DNA from: Octopus sinensis
Lineage: Eukaryota
Direction of reading: 5' to 3'
NCBI RefSeq assembly: GCF_006345805.1
Contig: NC_043007.1
Coordinates: forward strand, 6,448,001-6,512,000
DNA length: 64,000 nucleotides
Below, piece by piece: positions 1-12,191 of the stretch. Every line of letters starts with the position of its first letter. The stretch's first letter is position 1. The notes below the pieces were generated by a model, which was not told where the DNA came from, made no database searches, and saw only the letters and a program-made list of their open reading frames with translations. The translations under genes and the position numbers were made by a program.

Positions 1-156
1 GCTAATGCGCACACTCACTGATAAAAACACAAACACACATACAAGCATCATGAGGCTCTACATCCACACCCACAAACACATTTGCATGAAGACACACACA
101 CAAACTCATCGCCTACTCTGACCCTTCTCGTCTCTTGTAAGAATATCAGATACAGA

Positions 157-272
157 ATGTCCAATTGGTGTATTAATACCAGACACGCGGATGGTTTAAG
201 CTCATGAAATATCCATTTGGTGTATTAATATCAGACTCATGGATGGCTGAAACTTATGGAATATCCAATGGC

Positions 273-273
<1 letters not shown>
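157..273. repeat. 52-bp diverged tandem repeat, ~2.25 copies
   Basis: 157-208 ATGTCCAATTGGTGTATTAATACCAGACACGCGGATGG... aligns with 209-260 ATATCCATTTGGTGTATTAATATCAGACTCATGGATGG...; partial third copy 261-273. Confidence 0.8.
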
Positions 274-310
<37 letters not shown>

Positions 311-683
311 CTATATATATATAAGCATTTATGTATGTCATATGTGTGCATATTAATGCATCCCAACTGCGCTAATCAATGAAGAAAAACGCCGTGCCGT
401 ATCAATGACTTGTGCAATTAAGCAAGAAGACACCTATGTATTTGAAACGGATAGTTTGTTATCTCTAATTATTTTAAGTATGTACTAACTACAGCGTAAT
501 CTTTGTTCGCAGATCGCGAATCTGTAACACAACAAATGCCTGTCTTTCCTTGCTTAATTCTTGGTGATTTGTGACTCGCAAATAATTATAAACGTGCTGC
601 TTTGAGACTTGTTTGTCGGTTCGTTTCATTGATGTCTGCTCAATAACACCAGTAACATTTAACCGCTTCATTTTACAACACAG

Positions 684-812
684 ACCTACCAAAATCTCCT
701 CGAATCATACTGCTTGGGTTTGCATCAACATCCATTAGAAATAGATTACAATAACGATACTTCAACGGATATTTATAACATGAACAGTTCTTCGCCAGAA
801 CAATTAAACTAT
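684..812 (+). CDS. Candidate internal coding exon (43 codons, phase 0-0): TYQNLLESYCLGLHQHPLEIDYNNDTSTDIYNMNSSSPEQLNY
   Basis: Acceptor-like CATTTTACAACACAG| at 683, donor TAT|GTAAGT at 813; only one of three frames is open; non-repetitive context. No family recognised. Confidence 0.25.
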
Positions 813-947
813 GTAAGTAGAACCGTTTCTGTTTCCAGCTCAAAGATAAAGACATCAAGTAGCCTGCAGGCGTTTGCTTCTGTATTCAATTTGTTGCTTG
901 CGATGCTCAAGGGAAGGATGTAGAAAATAGTTTCGGAATGTCAGCAG

Positions 948-955
948 TGACGTCA
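948..955. promoter_or_regulatory. Perfect CRE palindrome TGACGTCA
   Basis: Exact motif in unique sequence; could be chance. Confidence 0.15.
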
Positions 956-1090
956 GAGTATTGTCCCGTCCACTAATGACATTTAACCGACGTGATTAAT
1001 ATCACTAGATCACCCTATCAATCATCTGTGTGCGTATGCGTAATAAATGTATGTATGTATGTATGTATTGATGAGTAGATAGGTGCATTC

Positions 1091-1125
<35 letters not shown>

Positions 1126-1527
1126 TATGCCTGTGTATAATAGGACATACCTTCGAAGTCAGTCACCATTTTTCTGTTAAAGTAAAATACATATATGTGT
1201 ATATAATATATATATATATACACACAGATACAAACCAATATACACACGCACAGACCAACTCACATACATACACCAACATACACACAGCACACACACGCAC
1301 ATGTGAATCAATGCATGTGCACATATATCCCAAATATTTATAAGGATGAACTCAATCCCCAAAGAGAAGACGTACGCGGTGCAGTGGCTGTGGTTCAGCT
1401 GCTCGTAGCGTTGGTTTCAATCATGTTACAATGATTCAGCAAGTGTCTTCTAATTCTTAGCGGTGAGGTGAAGACACAATTTTTCGGTAGAGGAGAAACT
1501 CTCTGCAAGCGCATTCATGTTCCTGTG

Positions 1528-1568
<41 letters not shown>

Positions 1569-1712
1569 GGTAATTTCTTTAAAATTTTTTTAAATTATGT
1601 CATTTTAAGGAAAGGAAAAAATTTTTTCCAATATTCTCCAGACATTTTGACACAAATATATATATTTTTTAACATTTAAGCCTTCTGTCGTTTTTTCACA
1701 CTTTACTATTTT

Positions 1713-1787
<75 letters not shown>

Positions 1788-1964
1788 CGTGTGTGTATAT
1801 ATATATATATGTGTGTGTGTATGTATGTATATATATAAGTTTGGTTGAGTTGCAAGTTAAAATAACCGTCTCAGGGATAAAGGTATCCATTATACTACCG
1901 GTGTATTACCTTTTTAATGAAATCGTTCGAGGAGTCTGATGAGATGTTTATAACACGTTTCAAA

Positions 1965-2685
1965 GGAGTACAGATGCAGGTTCACAAAGAATTAGTGTTT
2001 TCTTTTAATTCCTAGTCAAGTCCAGGGTATCACATGCCGATTGAAATGTAGAAACCAACGATCACAGGCCGTGCTCCAAATGACCAACATGGTTGCGTTC
2101 ATTAGCCTACAGATGGTCTCTTAGTGAGGTGAATATTTTGATTTTAAATTTCATCCTTGCTAAATACAAGACACGTCCTGTGGTCTGATATCTTAGATAT
2201 AACCTGCCACATATTTGTCTTGGACAGCATAGAAGTATATGGCAGCAAAGTATATTGCAAAGAGAGTAGGTGCCTCGAGTTCTCCCTATTTTATACTACT
2301 CGTCACTGAAAAAATTCAGAGACTGTGTCCTCAAACTTGCCTCTGGTTTTCATATTCTTAGGAGTGCTTTCAACATATTCATAAGCTTTGAGCGCATCCA
2401 AATATGGGGAAAAGACAGCCATAAAGCACTCCTGTTAAGAGTGCCGAATGCATTACCGAAATCAACAAATATTTGGTTGAAGGCGAGGTTCTGTTCGATT
2501 CATTTTCCCTGCAGTTGCTATAATGTACTTATTAAGCCGTTCGAAAAGGCCACATACTAGGGCCTAGACGACAACTAGGCAATAGGGAATTGTCCCTAAA
2601 ATCGCCACGTTGGTCCTTAACTGAAAAGGCAGACCAAGAAACAAGTAACCCAGTCTATAGTTACTGTTCCAGCAACAATTGGAAA
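1965..2685 (-). mobile_element. Decayed RTE-clade LINE reverse transcriptase fragment
   Basis: Minus-strand frame-hopping translation gives QLQGK*IEQNLAFNQIFVDFGNAFGTLNRSALW (RTE FVDLTKAFDTVNR.ALW), GELEAPTLFAIYFAA (QGC.LAPTLF) and SLVSTFQSACDTLDLTRN*KKT; multiple stops and frameshifts. Confidence 0.8.
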
Positions 2686-2711
2686 TGCGTGCGCGTGTGT
2701 GTCTATCTCTA

Positions 2712-2898
2712 TGTCTCTGACTATTTGTGACCCAACCGCCATCGCTTGACAACCGGTGCTGGTTTATTTTCATTCTCGCAACATGGCGATTTGGTAAGAC
2801 ATAGAATAATTAGCAGTTAACACAAGTACTGGAAATGGTCCTTTTTTCGACTAAAACACTTTAAGGGTGCTGTCCAATGACTGAAACAAATCACACAT
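2712..2898 (+). mobile_element. 3' part of the abundant octopus-type SINE, decayed
   Basis: CCGCCATCGCTTGACAACCGGTG...TTCGACTAAAA...AATGACTGAAACAA matches the reverse complement of the copies at 41170 and 48577. Confidence 0.55.
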
Positions 2899-3970
2899 AA
2901 AAATAAACACATGTAATTTATCTGTTTGTGTCTGTATATGTAACAGAAGTAACAGAGTCAAAGGAATTTCCGTAGTTTTAAGCAAGTGCGAGAAAAAGAT
3001 TGGATGTAATACTGATATTTATGAATTTCTTAAAATAATTCTTAAATAAAATGATTTTGTTATCTGTAAGACAAGATAGCACTTTGCAATGTCAACTAGC
3101 TGACTGAAACTCGCAACAGAAAATTGATGAACAATACAGGAATTCTGCTACACTTTTATTGATGGGAAGAGTGAATCCCACGTCTTATGCTACATCTGAA
3201 GAGAGAAATAGTGTTACTCGTTGAGAATTAAGTATGAAATATAAGATTAACACGTGGGAAGAGTATACCGCAGTCGGCAAAATATTATTTACGGATTTGT
3301 TCGATGAATCTTCAGAAATCTAATTTAGTCATATTTCGATATATTCCATTTGTCTTTTTTTTTCTTCTGAATATTTATGACATTCACGAGATCTAACAGA
3401 AAAGATGAAACGTAAACTATTAGAAAGCGCCGAACGTTAAATCATCAAAGAATAATATTAATTATTCATAATTATTCACTATATAAAATTGAGCCATGTT
3501 CATTAGCGACTTACATTTACATGTATCTATGCATAAGTCTATCTTTCTAGCTAGCTATCCATCCCTCTATATACACACACACACACACATGCACACACAC
3601 ATACACACATACACACATAGATGGGCGTGTATACATATGTATACACTCAAACACACATGCGCACAAACATACGCACATACATATACACATAGATGGGCGT
3701 GTACATATACACATATACATACACGCATATTAAACATATTTATATCACCTGTATATTCCGAAAGTATCCTAATGCAATCTTTATTGTACCCTGAAAAACC
3801 TGACAATTTTCCTTATTAGGTATTTAAAATGCAAAATTATATGCTCATATGTTTTGCAATTTTAATCTTTTTTGAGAAATGAAACACTTGTTGACTAATC
3901 TATTGATTAATTAATTAATTCATTCATAACCATTGGATCTCTCTTTTTTCCAACTGAATATATATATAAA

Positions 3971-4024
3971 CTTTATTTAAAAGCAGCAGAAATATAACTA
4001 TATTTCTGCTGCTTTTAAATAAAG
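3971..4024. repeat. Perfect inverted repeat, 26-bp arms, 2-nt spacer
   Basis: CTTTATTTAAAAGCAGCAGAAATATA-AC-TATATTTCTGCTGCTTTTAAATAAAG. Confidence 0.95.
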
Positions 4025-4093
4025 CATACTACTCTACCGCTGGTATTTGAGTACTCTTTTTTCCACCTTGTTTCTCATTTATGTGCTTACTTC

Positions 4094-4134
<41 letters not shown>

Positions 4135-4199
4135 GCGCGCGTATCATACCTAATACAGATACGTTGCGAAAAGTCAAATCAACCGTGTTATTCCGGAGA

Positions 4200-4254
4200 T
4201 AATATCGTTCCCAAATGTACTATTGGTACTGTAGTACATTTGGGAACGATATTA
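4200..4254. repeat. Perfect inverted repeat, 23-bp arms, 9-nt loop
   Basis: TAATATCGTTCCCAAATGTACTA-TTGGTACTG-TAGTACATTTGGGAACGATATTA. Confidence 0.95.
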
Positions 4255-5300
4255 GTAGTATCAGCCATTAGTAGCTGTGATGAAGTTTGATGTGTATTTC
4301 TGCTCCCATGGGCATTGACAGTATCACTTATCAAGTGTCAATCATATGCTAATACAAAATCCATTGACTCTAATATAGAAAAAATAATAATGAAATGTCA
4401 CCGATGCTGCAGCTAGGTGCCAGGCTGAAATAAAATTCGTTACTAGCAACAGAGTCCATATTACATTAAAAAAGCCCACTATGTATCATACTTAATAAAA
4501 TTACATCACGAAAAGTTAATTAACGGCGGTAATCACCCAGTATTTAACACAATAGTAAAATTATTTTTTATACGTGTTGATATGTGTATTAAATTGATAT
4601 ATAGATGATATCAAACCACGCGATCTTTTCAAATCACGGGCATCCACTGACAGTTAATTGCCTTATTCGACGATAAAGATTTTCTCAGCCATAATTTACT
4701 CGTATTCGCTATGTAAGTATCGTTTTTTGTATCAAATGCAATCTATATATTCGAAAGAATTTTCATGCATCTTTCAAAATTATTCAGTGGTCAGATAAAT
4801 TCATTTTCCCTCCATTTATTTTAATCCTTTCCATGGCTTTTTGATTAATAAGGAAAATATTTCTATCGCTGCGTTTCATGTTATTTTATAGCTCAATTTT
4901 ATCTCTAAAACTTTTGTCTATCGTTTTTGAAATTTGAAAAAACTCTTATCTCTTTTCAGACACATGATGATGGAGTGCCAAGTAGAAAACTACCCATGAA
5001 TTTATCTGACAACCTAATACTGCTTACGTGAATATATTTAAAATCAATGTTTATTTTAAATCTTCATTTGGTTAAACAAGCTGGAGAGAAATAGCTTCTT
5101 GATAGCATACTTGTTTATGTAGATTTTCTAAAATGGATGCTTGAGTAAAATTATCTTTCTCATTGCAGTAATATCAACGACTTGTGCACATGAATGAATC
5201 CTACTCTGGGAATATTATCATGAGAAGTGATACCATAAAAAAATTATAAAAAGACGTTTCCAGAATTCTCCAGTCAAGTCACAATGTTATATATATATAT

Positions 5301-5366
<66 letters not shown>

Positions 5367-5512
5367 CTATAACATTGAATATTTCTAGTGATAGCGTTTT
5401 CCTAAGTAAATACGTATCTACGTATCCTGATGTAAATTAAAACAGATTCTTCCCTTGTGTATATACAATCAAACCCCCGAAAAGCATTCAATAATTCCTC
5501 TTTTATTTTTTG

Positions 5513-5635
5513 TGCTTCAGCCATAGGACTGCATCCATGGTGGGAAACGTCTTGGAGATTTTAACCGGGAAAATCAACCCCAGTATTTATTTTTAATGTT
5601 TAGTTTGTTTTTAGTCGGTCCTGTTTGTAGTATTC
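5513..5635 (-). mobile_element. Highly decayed SINE 3' fragment
   Basis: TTCAGCCATAGGACTGCATCCATG...AAATCAACCCCAGTATTTATT resembles the SINE tail TTCAGTCATTTGACTGCGGCCATG...AATCGACCCCAG. Confidence 0.35.
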
Positions 5636-5765
5636 AAGGATGGTAACCTCTTTTAGGATGGGGAAAATAGTGGAAAAGGATAGAGTCGGGCATCACTGAA
5701 AGCATTTCTATTCCTTTAGGGCTCCAAGAAGGAAGATAAGAAGTTCTATAAAAAATTAAATATAT

Positions 5766-5801
<36 letters not shown>

Positions 5802-6813
5802 GTGTTTGTGTGTGTGTGTGTGTGTGTGTGACTGTGAGTACATGTTTGGAAATATGCCTATATATGTGTGTGTGTGTGTATGTACGTATGCATGTTTATA
5901 TATATATACATGTGTAAATATGGTGATGAGTGTGTGTATATATAAACATTTATATTTAAATGCGTATATTATGTAACAAATTCGGTTATAGAACTAGAGA
6001 CTAATAGATTTGAATTAAAGAATTTACGATATTTCAGGGTTTTTTTTTATTTAAGGCGTTTAAAATTATGAAACTATTAACCTGTTACTTTCGAAAAATA
6101 ATTTGCAAGATATGGCTGCCTGATGAAACCTCATCGGATTTAAAACGCTATTTTCAAGTTTTAGAAAAACAATCCTTGTTAGTTAATGATGTGGAAACAG
6201 CAGTAACTAGAGTTGTCATATCTTTCTATAGAAATAAAAAAAAAATTAATTCAATTTCTCATTTAATGATTAAAGTATTTAATTATTGAATTTTATAATT
6301 TCTTTCCATTTCTAATTCATCTTAATATTTAGATAACCTGCTTGTTTACTCTTTACCTATCTGTTATGAGTGGTTGTTCATAAGAAGGTTATTTATATGG
6401 GTAAATAACCAGTAAGTTCTTTGGATATTTGATACCATATAGGTGTTTATTTAACACCTAACTTAATTATATATATGTGTGTATGTGTGCTCACGTGTCT
6501 GTATGTGTGCATGCACACGCGCACTTATATACAGATGTTTATATATGCTAATAGATACACACACACACACACACACACACACATACTCTTACGGTGCTTA
6601 CGTTGAAATATGAAGATTACTTTCATTTTCCTGTATAATAAAGAGCATGTATCATTTGCTTCAGTGAATTTGTAAAAAGGAATATTGGTTTTATAACCAA
6701 TTTTAATGCCTACTTACTTTTCACACACCCTGTTCATATATAGAGAAGCTGGTTTTAAATCTCTGAAAGAGATTCACATAGTAATAATATGAAATAGTAA
6801 TGGTTGCAATCAC

Positions 6814-7330
6814 TTTTACGTGACTGTTCCATGCAGAACAAATGTTACTATGTTTTAACATTTTCCTCGCTGGCTAACGACAAACAACCTGTGTCTGTTT
6901 TATTGTGAGCAAGGGATCGATCCACTCACACTCCAGCAAAGTAAACCCAGTAGATCGGTTTCAGGGCTTCTTCTCGTCCTCAGCACTGGATGTTTGCCTG
7001 CTAGAGATGGCAGCTATTGGTCCTTGCTCGCAATATATAAACAAAGGAGTGGCCATAAGTAGCTGATCTTACAACGAGCTAAAGTTACAGGTTTTAAATA
7101 TCTAAAAGGCATTCACATAGTTAGCAATGCAAAACATCCAGTACTGAGGACGGGAAGGTACCTAGAAGCCGGCCAGTATACTGGTTTTGCTTTGCTAGAG
7201 TGGGAGCGGTTCGCCCCCTTGCTCACAATAAAACAGAAACAGGTTGTGTGTCGTTAGTCGGCGGGAAAAAGGTGTTTTCTTGGGTTTCAAATACAGTAAC
7301 ATTTGTTCAGCATCGAACAGACACGTAAAA
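6814..7330. mobile_element. Fold-back/MITE-like element with ~190-bp diverged terminal inverted repeats
   Basis: Left TTTTACGTGACTGTTCCATGCAGAACAAATGTTACT...CTAACGACAAACAACCTGTGTCTGTTTTATTGTGAGCAAGGG...GTCCTCAGCACTGGATGTTTGC is the reverse complement of the right arm GCAAAACATCCAGTACTGAGGAC...CCCTTGCTCACAATAAAACAGAAACAGGTTGTGTGTCGTTAG...AGTAACATTTGTTCAGCATCGAACAGACACGTAAAA. Confidence 0.75.
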
Positions 7331-7358
7331 TTGGTAACAGCATTTACTCTCTGACTTC

Positions 7359-7364
<6 letters not shown>

Positions 7365-7392
<28 letters not shown>

Positions 7393-7408
7393 GTTTCTCT
7401 CTCTCTCT

Positions 7409-7480
<72 letters not shown>

Positions 7481-7509
7481 ATATAGATATTATATATATA
7501 TATATAATA

Positions 7510-7570
<61 letters not shown>

Positions 7571-7582
7571 TATATATATACA
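7365..7582. repeat. Compound (CT)n/(CTTT)n/(TA)n microsatellite
   Basis: Direct reading. Confidence 0.95.
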
Positions 7583-7934
7583 TAAAGTCATACAACCAGC
7601 AACACGTCTGCACCCACGTACTTATACATCTCTTATTCACTTTCCAGGCTTATGTCTGTTACACACAGCCTTCCAGGCACCACAAGCTTCCTGTCGGAAA
7701 TTCCCCTTTTCTTTAAATGAACTGCCGTCGCTAAGCAACCGGTATTCTTTCACAACATCATGTGACCTGTCTTGAACAATAGCTGGATAAATTCCAGTAG
7801 CCACCTTGGAATTCCTGATTCTCCCCTTTCGGTAATCTAAAATGTGAAAGTGGTGGGCTCCTGTTAGAGACCTGCGAAATTCTGAGTCATAATGGACCGA
7901 ATCACACTGTGAAATTATATACATAAATATGTGC

Positions 7935-7958
7935 TTGTGCGTGTGTGTGTGTGTGTGG

Positions 7959-8018
<60 letters not shown>

Positions 8019-8044
8019 GTGTGTGTGTGTGCGTGTGTGTGTGT
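7935..8044. repeat. (TG)n microsatellite
   Basis: Direct reading. Confidence 0.95.
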
Positions 8045-8050
8045 AGGATC

Positions 8051-8320
8051 AATGATTATAATGACAAAGAATATGGCGGCTGGCGCTTCCTCAAAATTTA
8101 TTTCCTTTTATTTGGAACCAAGCTGTGTGAAAGACCTTGAATGAAGCTGCACAGAAAATCCTCCCCGGGATTACATATGCAACAACCCATACGCTGTGCA
8201 GTGGGAACACGTGTAGGTGGCGGTCGTACCCATGAAAACGTGCTGAATGACATTGTAAAATAAAAGGTTATACATTTTGAGGACGTACCTGGCTTCATAT
8301 TCTTTATCATTATAATTATT
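8051..8320. mobile_element. MITE-like element, 63-bp inverted arms (51/63 identical by manual alignment)
   Basis: 8051-8113 AATGATTATAATGACAAAGAATATGG...TCCTCAAAATTTATTTCCTTTTATTT versus the reverse complement of 8258-8320. Confidence 0.7.
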
Positions 8321-9334
8321 ACTGATACACATTCCAGACAACATTACCATCCAGTGAAGGGAAGGCGGAATTACCCATCAGAGTTATTAACAGCGTGAGC
8401 GATAACTTTTATTAGTCCTAGACCTTAAATACTAATCGATGTGGTTAGCTATAACCTGGAACATAACTGAAAGCTACCACGATATCCGCCTGGATAGTAT
8501 ATTCCTGTAAATTTACATTATATAAATGTGTATGTATATACACACACAAACGCTCATACTTAGATGTGCATATGTGTGAACGTTTAAGAATATAGATGTT
8601 ACACGTATCCTGATGTGTTCTTGGGGATCCTTGTATTAGTTGGAATAATTTTGAACGATAGTATACTAATAGGCACGTGGAAGAGAAGAGCAAGAACAAA
8701 ATAAAACGCTCTTTTCAAGACAAAATTATAAGGTTCCTGTATTCGTGTAGCGCCATTAATCGTATCTTGGTGAAAGTTGACCAAGGAGAACGGTAGATTG
8801 CTTTTCTCGTTAACGTTAATAATAGCAACCAGACTACGTAAATCTAGGAGTATATGAATAATGTAATTATTATATATAAGTGTTCCCGTTCAAGAGAAAA
8901 TGAAATAAAGTGCTTATTCTGCCATTATTAGAACTCTAATACCCACACGTTTCAATAACGAGCTGGCTCACGCAATTTTTCTAGTTAAGAATAACGATTA
9001 ATAATTAATGGTTTCGCTGGGTACGAGGGCAATTTTTGTAATAGAGATCACCAAGTGGAAATGTATGGCCACATAATTTATCGACACGGATTTGAACTTC
9101 GCGGATATTGACATAAATTTAACACCATTCTCTGCAGACATCTTCTAATCTGCTATTACTTTCAATTGGCTACCTTCCGTGATCATGCAAATATTAAATT
9201 AGACAGAGTGTACGTATGTATGTATGTATGTATGTATGTATGTATGTATGTATGTATGTATGTTATGTATGTATGTATGCATGTATATATATATATATTA
9301 TAACATATATACATATATATAGTATGTATATATA

Positions 9335-9413
<79 letters not shown>

Positions 9414-9424
9414 CATACATGCCA

Positions 9425-10535
9425 TTATTTATTTCAAGAGTTCTTGCCAATACAGAAAGAGCCGGTTTCTAACCTAAATCCAAGGTCCTTTATTGGAATT
9501 TCAGCAACATCAATGGGTGCTTTTGTATGTATGTTTGTGTGTATATATATGTATGTTATTATTCAATTTATTTCAAGTTTGCTTGCCAATAGCAAAAGAA
9601 CCGGTTTCTAACTTAGATCCAAGACTTCTTCATTTTAATTGCAACATCAACAACAGGGTATTTTGTATGTATGTATGTATGTATGTATGTATGTATGTAT
9701 GTATGTATGTATGTATGTATGTATACGCAGATTTGTATGTTTTATGCATGTATTCTCATGCATATAGTTGCATATCTAGACATGCTCATATATATTTAAA
9801 TGATAAACTTCTAGAAAGTTTTACAGATTTTTACAGTTCCAGCGATGACTTGGATCTGTAGTCTTCGAATTATCTTTCTCGTTTCTGGTTTTGAGAAGCC
9901 TAATTTCTCAAGATTGGTATTTAGGCAATGTGTTACATATTTCATATGTATGTATGCATGTATGTATGTATGTACGTACGTATGTATACGTGCAGATTTG
10001 TATATTTACTTATATATGCCTTCTCAAGCATATGCTTGCACATCAAGACATGCTCATAAACGATGAACTTCTGAAATGTTTTACAAATTTTTACAGTTCC
10101 AGTGATGGATTGAATCTGTAGTCTTCGAATCAGCTTCCTTCTTTCTGGGTTCGAGAAGCCTAATTTCTCAAGATTGGTATGTAGGCAGTGTATTACATAT
10201 ACCAGGGCCTCAATAATTACAGGCATAATCTTGAACTTGTAATCTGAATAGAGTAACTGCAAGTCTTTCAGTAGTTCATCGTAGGTATTTTCTTTTTCGT
10301 TGACCTTTTGTTTTATGTTAACATCAACTGGGCAACTGAGTTGTGCAACTGTACACATTTATTCTTCTCTGTCCGAAATCATTATGTTAGGTCCATTGTG
10401 TTTATATTATACGGAGGTTTTCACGGGGACGTTCCACCAGTTTTATTTTGAGTTGCTGTGGCTTCTGCCATACTCTGCTCTCTTACTCCATTCTGTTGCC
10501 TTTCCCTTAAGTAACTGAATCTAACTTTTACTGAA
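9425..10535 (-). mobile_element. 3' end of a restriction-like-endonuclease (RLE) non-LTR retrotransposon (R4/Dong/NeSL-type), ORF C-terminus plus 3' UTR
   Basis: WWNVPVKTSV*YKHNGPNIMISDREE*MCTVAQLSCPVDVNIKQKVNEKENTYDELLKDLQLLYSDYKFKIMPVIIEALVYVIHCLHTNLEKLGFSNPERRKLIRRLQIQSITGTVKICKTFQKF; decayed PD-(D/E)xK-type RLE layout. Confidence 0.8.
9550..9948 (-). mobile_element. Second, 5'-truncated copy of the same RLE element, nested inside the first
   Basis: 9721-9948 repeats 9985-10200 (ORF end plus UTR part 1) and 9555-9665 repeats 9425-9530 (UTR part 2); the copies are visibly diverged. Confidence 0.6.
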
Positions 10536-10543
10536 CTTACTAT

Positions 10544-10580
<37 letters not shown>

Positions 10581-10602
10581 GCGTATATATATATGTATAC
10601 AT

Positions 10603-10732
10603 ACAAGATTAATCAGCCGAAATTGCGAGAATGATCCGGTTCTTGACTGAAGATTGAAGGCTTCGAATCTCCCATCCGTGTTTTTTGTATCGCCTTCTAA
10701 ATGTTTTGCGTTCTTGTCCCAGTTTGTATTTC
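10603..10732. mobile_element. Short (TA)n-flanked interspersed element, possibly Penelope-like terminal remnant
   Basis: ~130-bp unique island between two (TA)n tracts; contains CTGAAGA (10647-10653) and CCGAAATT motifs; assignment is inference. Confidence 0.3.
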
Positions 10733-10742
10733 ATATATATAT

Positions 10743-10796
<54 letters not shown>

Positions 10797-11291
10797 ATAT
10801 TATATATATATATAATATATATATATATATATAATATATATATATTATATATATATATATATATATGTATGTATACCTATATATATATATACCTATAATA
10901 TATATATATATATATATTATATATATAGATATATATGTATGTATGTATGTATCACTCATGTACACTCATCTCTTTACTGTATAGGATTATAAAGAGAATG
11001 AGAGAGCCTTGTAAACATTCGTACTCATGTACAGAACGAACATCGCTTGTAATATTAAACAGTCACTCAGTGAATTCTGTCAGCAAGCAATTTATCCGTT
11101 CATGCCTCATTACACGCAGGAAATTAATGTTTAATGATTTGTTTATTTCTTTCGTATAACTCTTTCCAAATCAAATTTCAGCTTCCGCGTGTCTGCTGTC
11201 TTTTATGGTTTAGTTAGAGCTACTTCGTTTCTCTGTCTCGAATTTATTTTTCTACCCATATTTTCTTTTACTATACAAAAACATATGGATG

Positions 11292-11366
<75 letters not shown>

Positions 11367-11379
11367 GGGTATCCGTATG

Positions 11380-11444
<65 letters not shown>

Positions 11445-11760
11445 ATATATATATATATATATCTCTGTCTGTCTGTCTGTCTGTCTGTCTGTGTGTCTGT
11501 ATGTGTGTCTGTGTGTCTGTGTGTCGTGTGTCTGTGCCTGTGTGTGTGTGTTTGTCTGTCTGTCTATGTCTTTCAGTCTGTCTGTCTGTCTATGTCTCTA
11601 TCTATCTGTCTGACTCTCTATTTATGTGTCTATCTATCTATGTTTCTATCTATCTATTTGTCTATCTATCTATGTGTCTGTCTATCTGTCTGTCTATCTA
11701 TATATGCGTCTATCTGTCTGTCTATCTATTTATCTATATATCTATCATACATACACACAT
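11292..11760. repeat. Compound (TCTA)n/(TCTG)n/(TG)n microsatellite
   Basis: Direct reading. Confidence 0.95.
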
Positions 11761-12051
11761 AGACACACATATCTATATTAGACTTTCATACTTCAGATTA
11801 TAAAGAATGCTGTGTTTGTATTTGTTTAGTCTTAGTTCTTTGTCGTCCGGTTTCCACTTGGCGCTGCAGGGAAACATTTTTAACAAAGTCGTATAACTGT
11901 ATATTCAACTGTTATTATTAAAAGACTGTCGCATTAACAGTTATAATACAATCAGTTTTATGTTACGTATTGAATTCATACGACGACATCGAAAAAGAGA
12001 ATCTTCCCGTTTGTTTTGCATGTTACCAATGCACACACACACGCACACAGA

Positions 12052-12094
<43 letters not shown>

Positions 12095-12191
12095 TAGATT
12101 GTTTATTGTATTTTGGTGGAATCTTCTGTAATCTAACTGTTTTAATCTCTTGGATTTCGTAATGCTCCCTGTTTGGGACTTAGACCTATGA

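Noticed and set aside
7637-7924. 95-aa minus-strand ORF (CDSVHYDSEF...)
   Set aside because: Starts in a microsatellite, has no recognisable domain and no convincing donor; left unassigned
9425-10200. Two old tandem duplications
   Set aside because: The order of the parts is better explained by one nested insertion of a related element
10641-10672. Hammerhead with canonical CTGAAGA
   Set aside because: Followed by GAAT rather than GAAA; helix II marginal; no helix I or III
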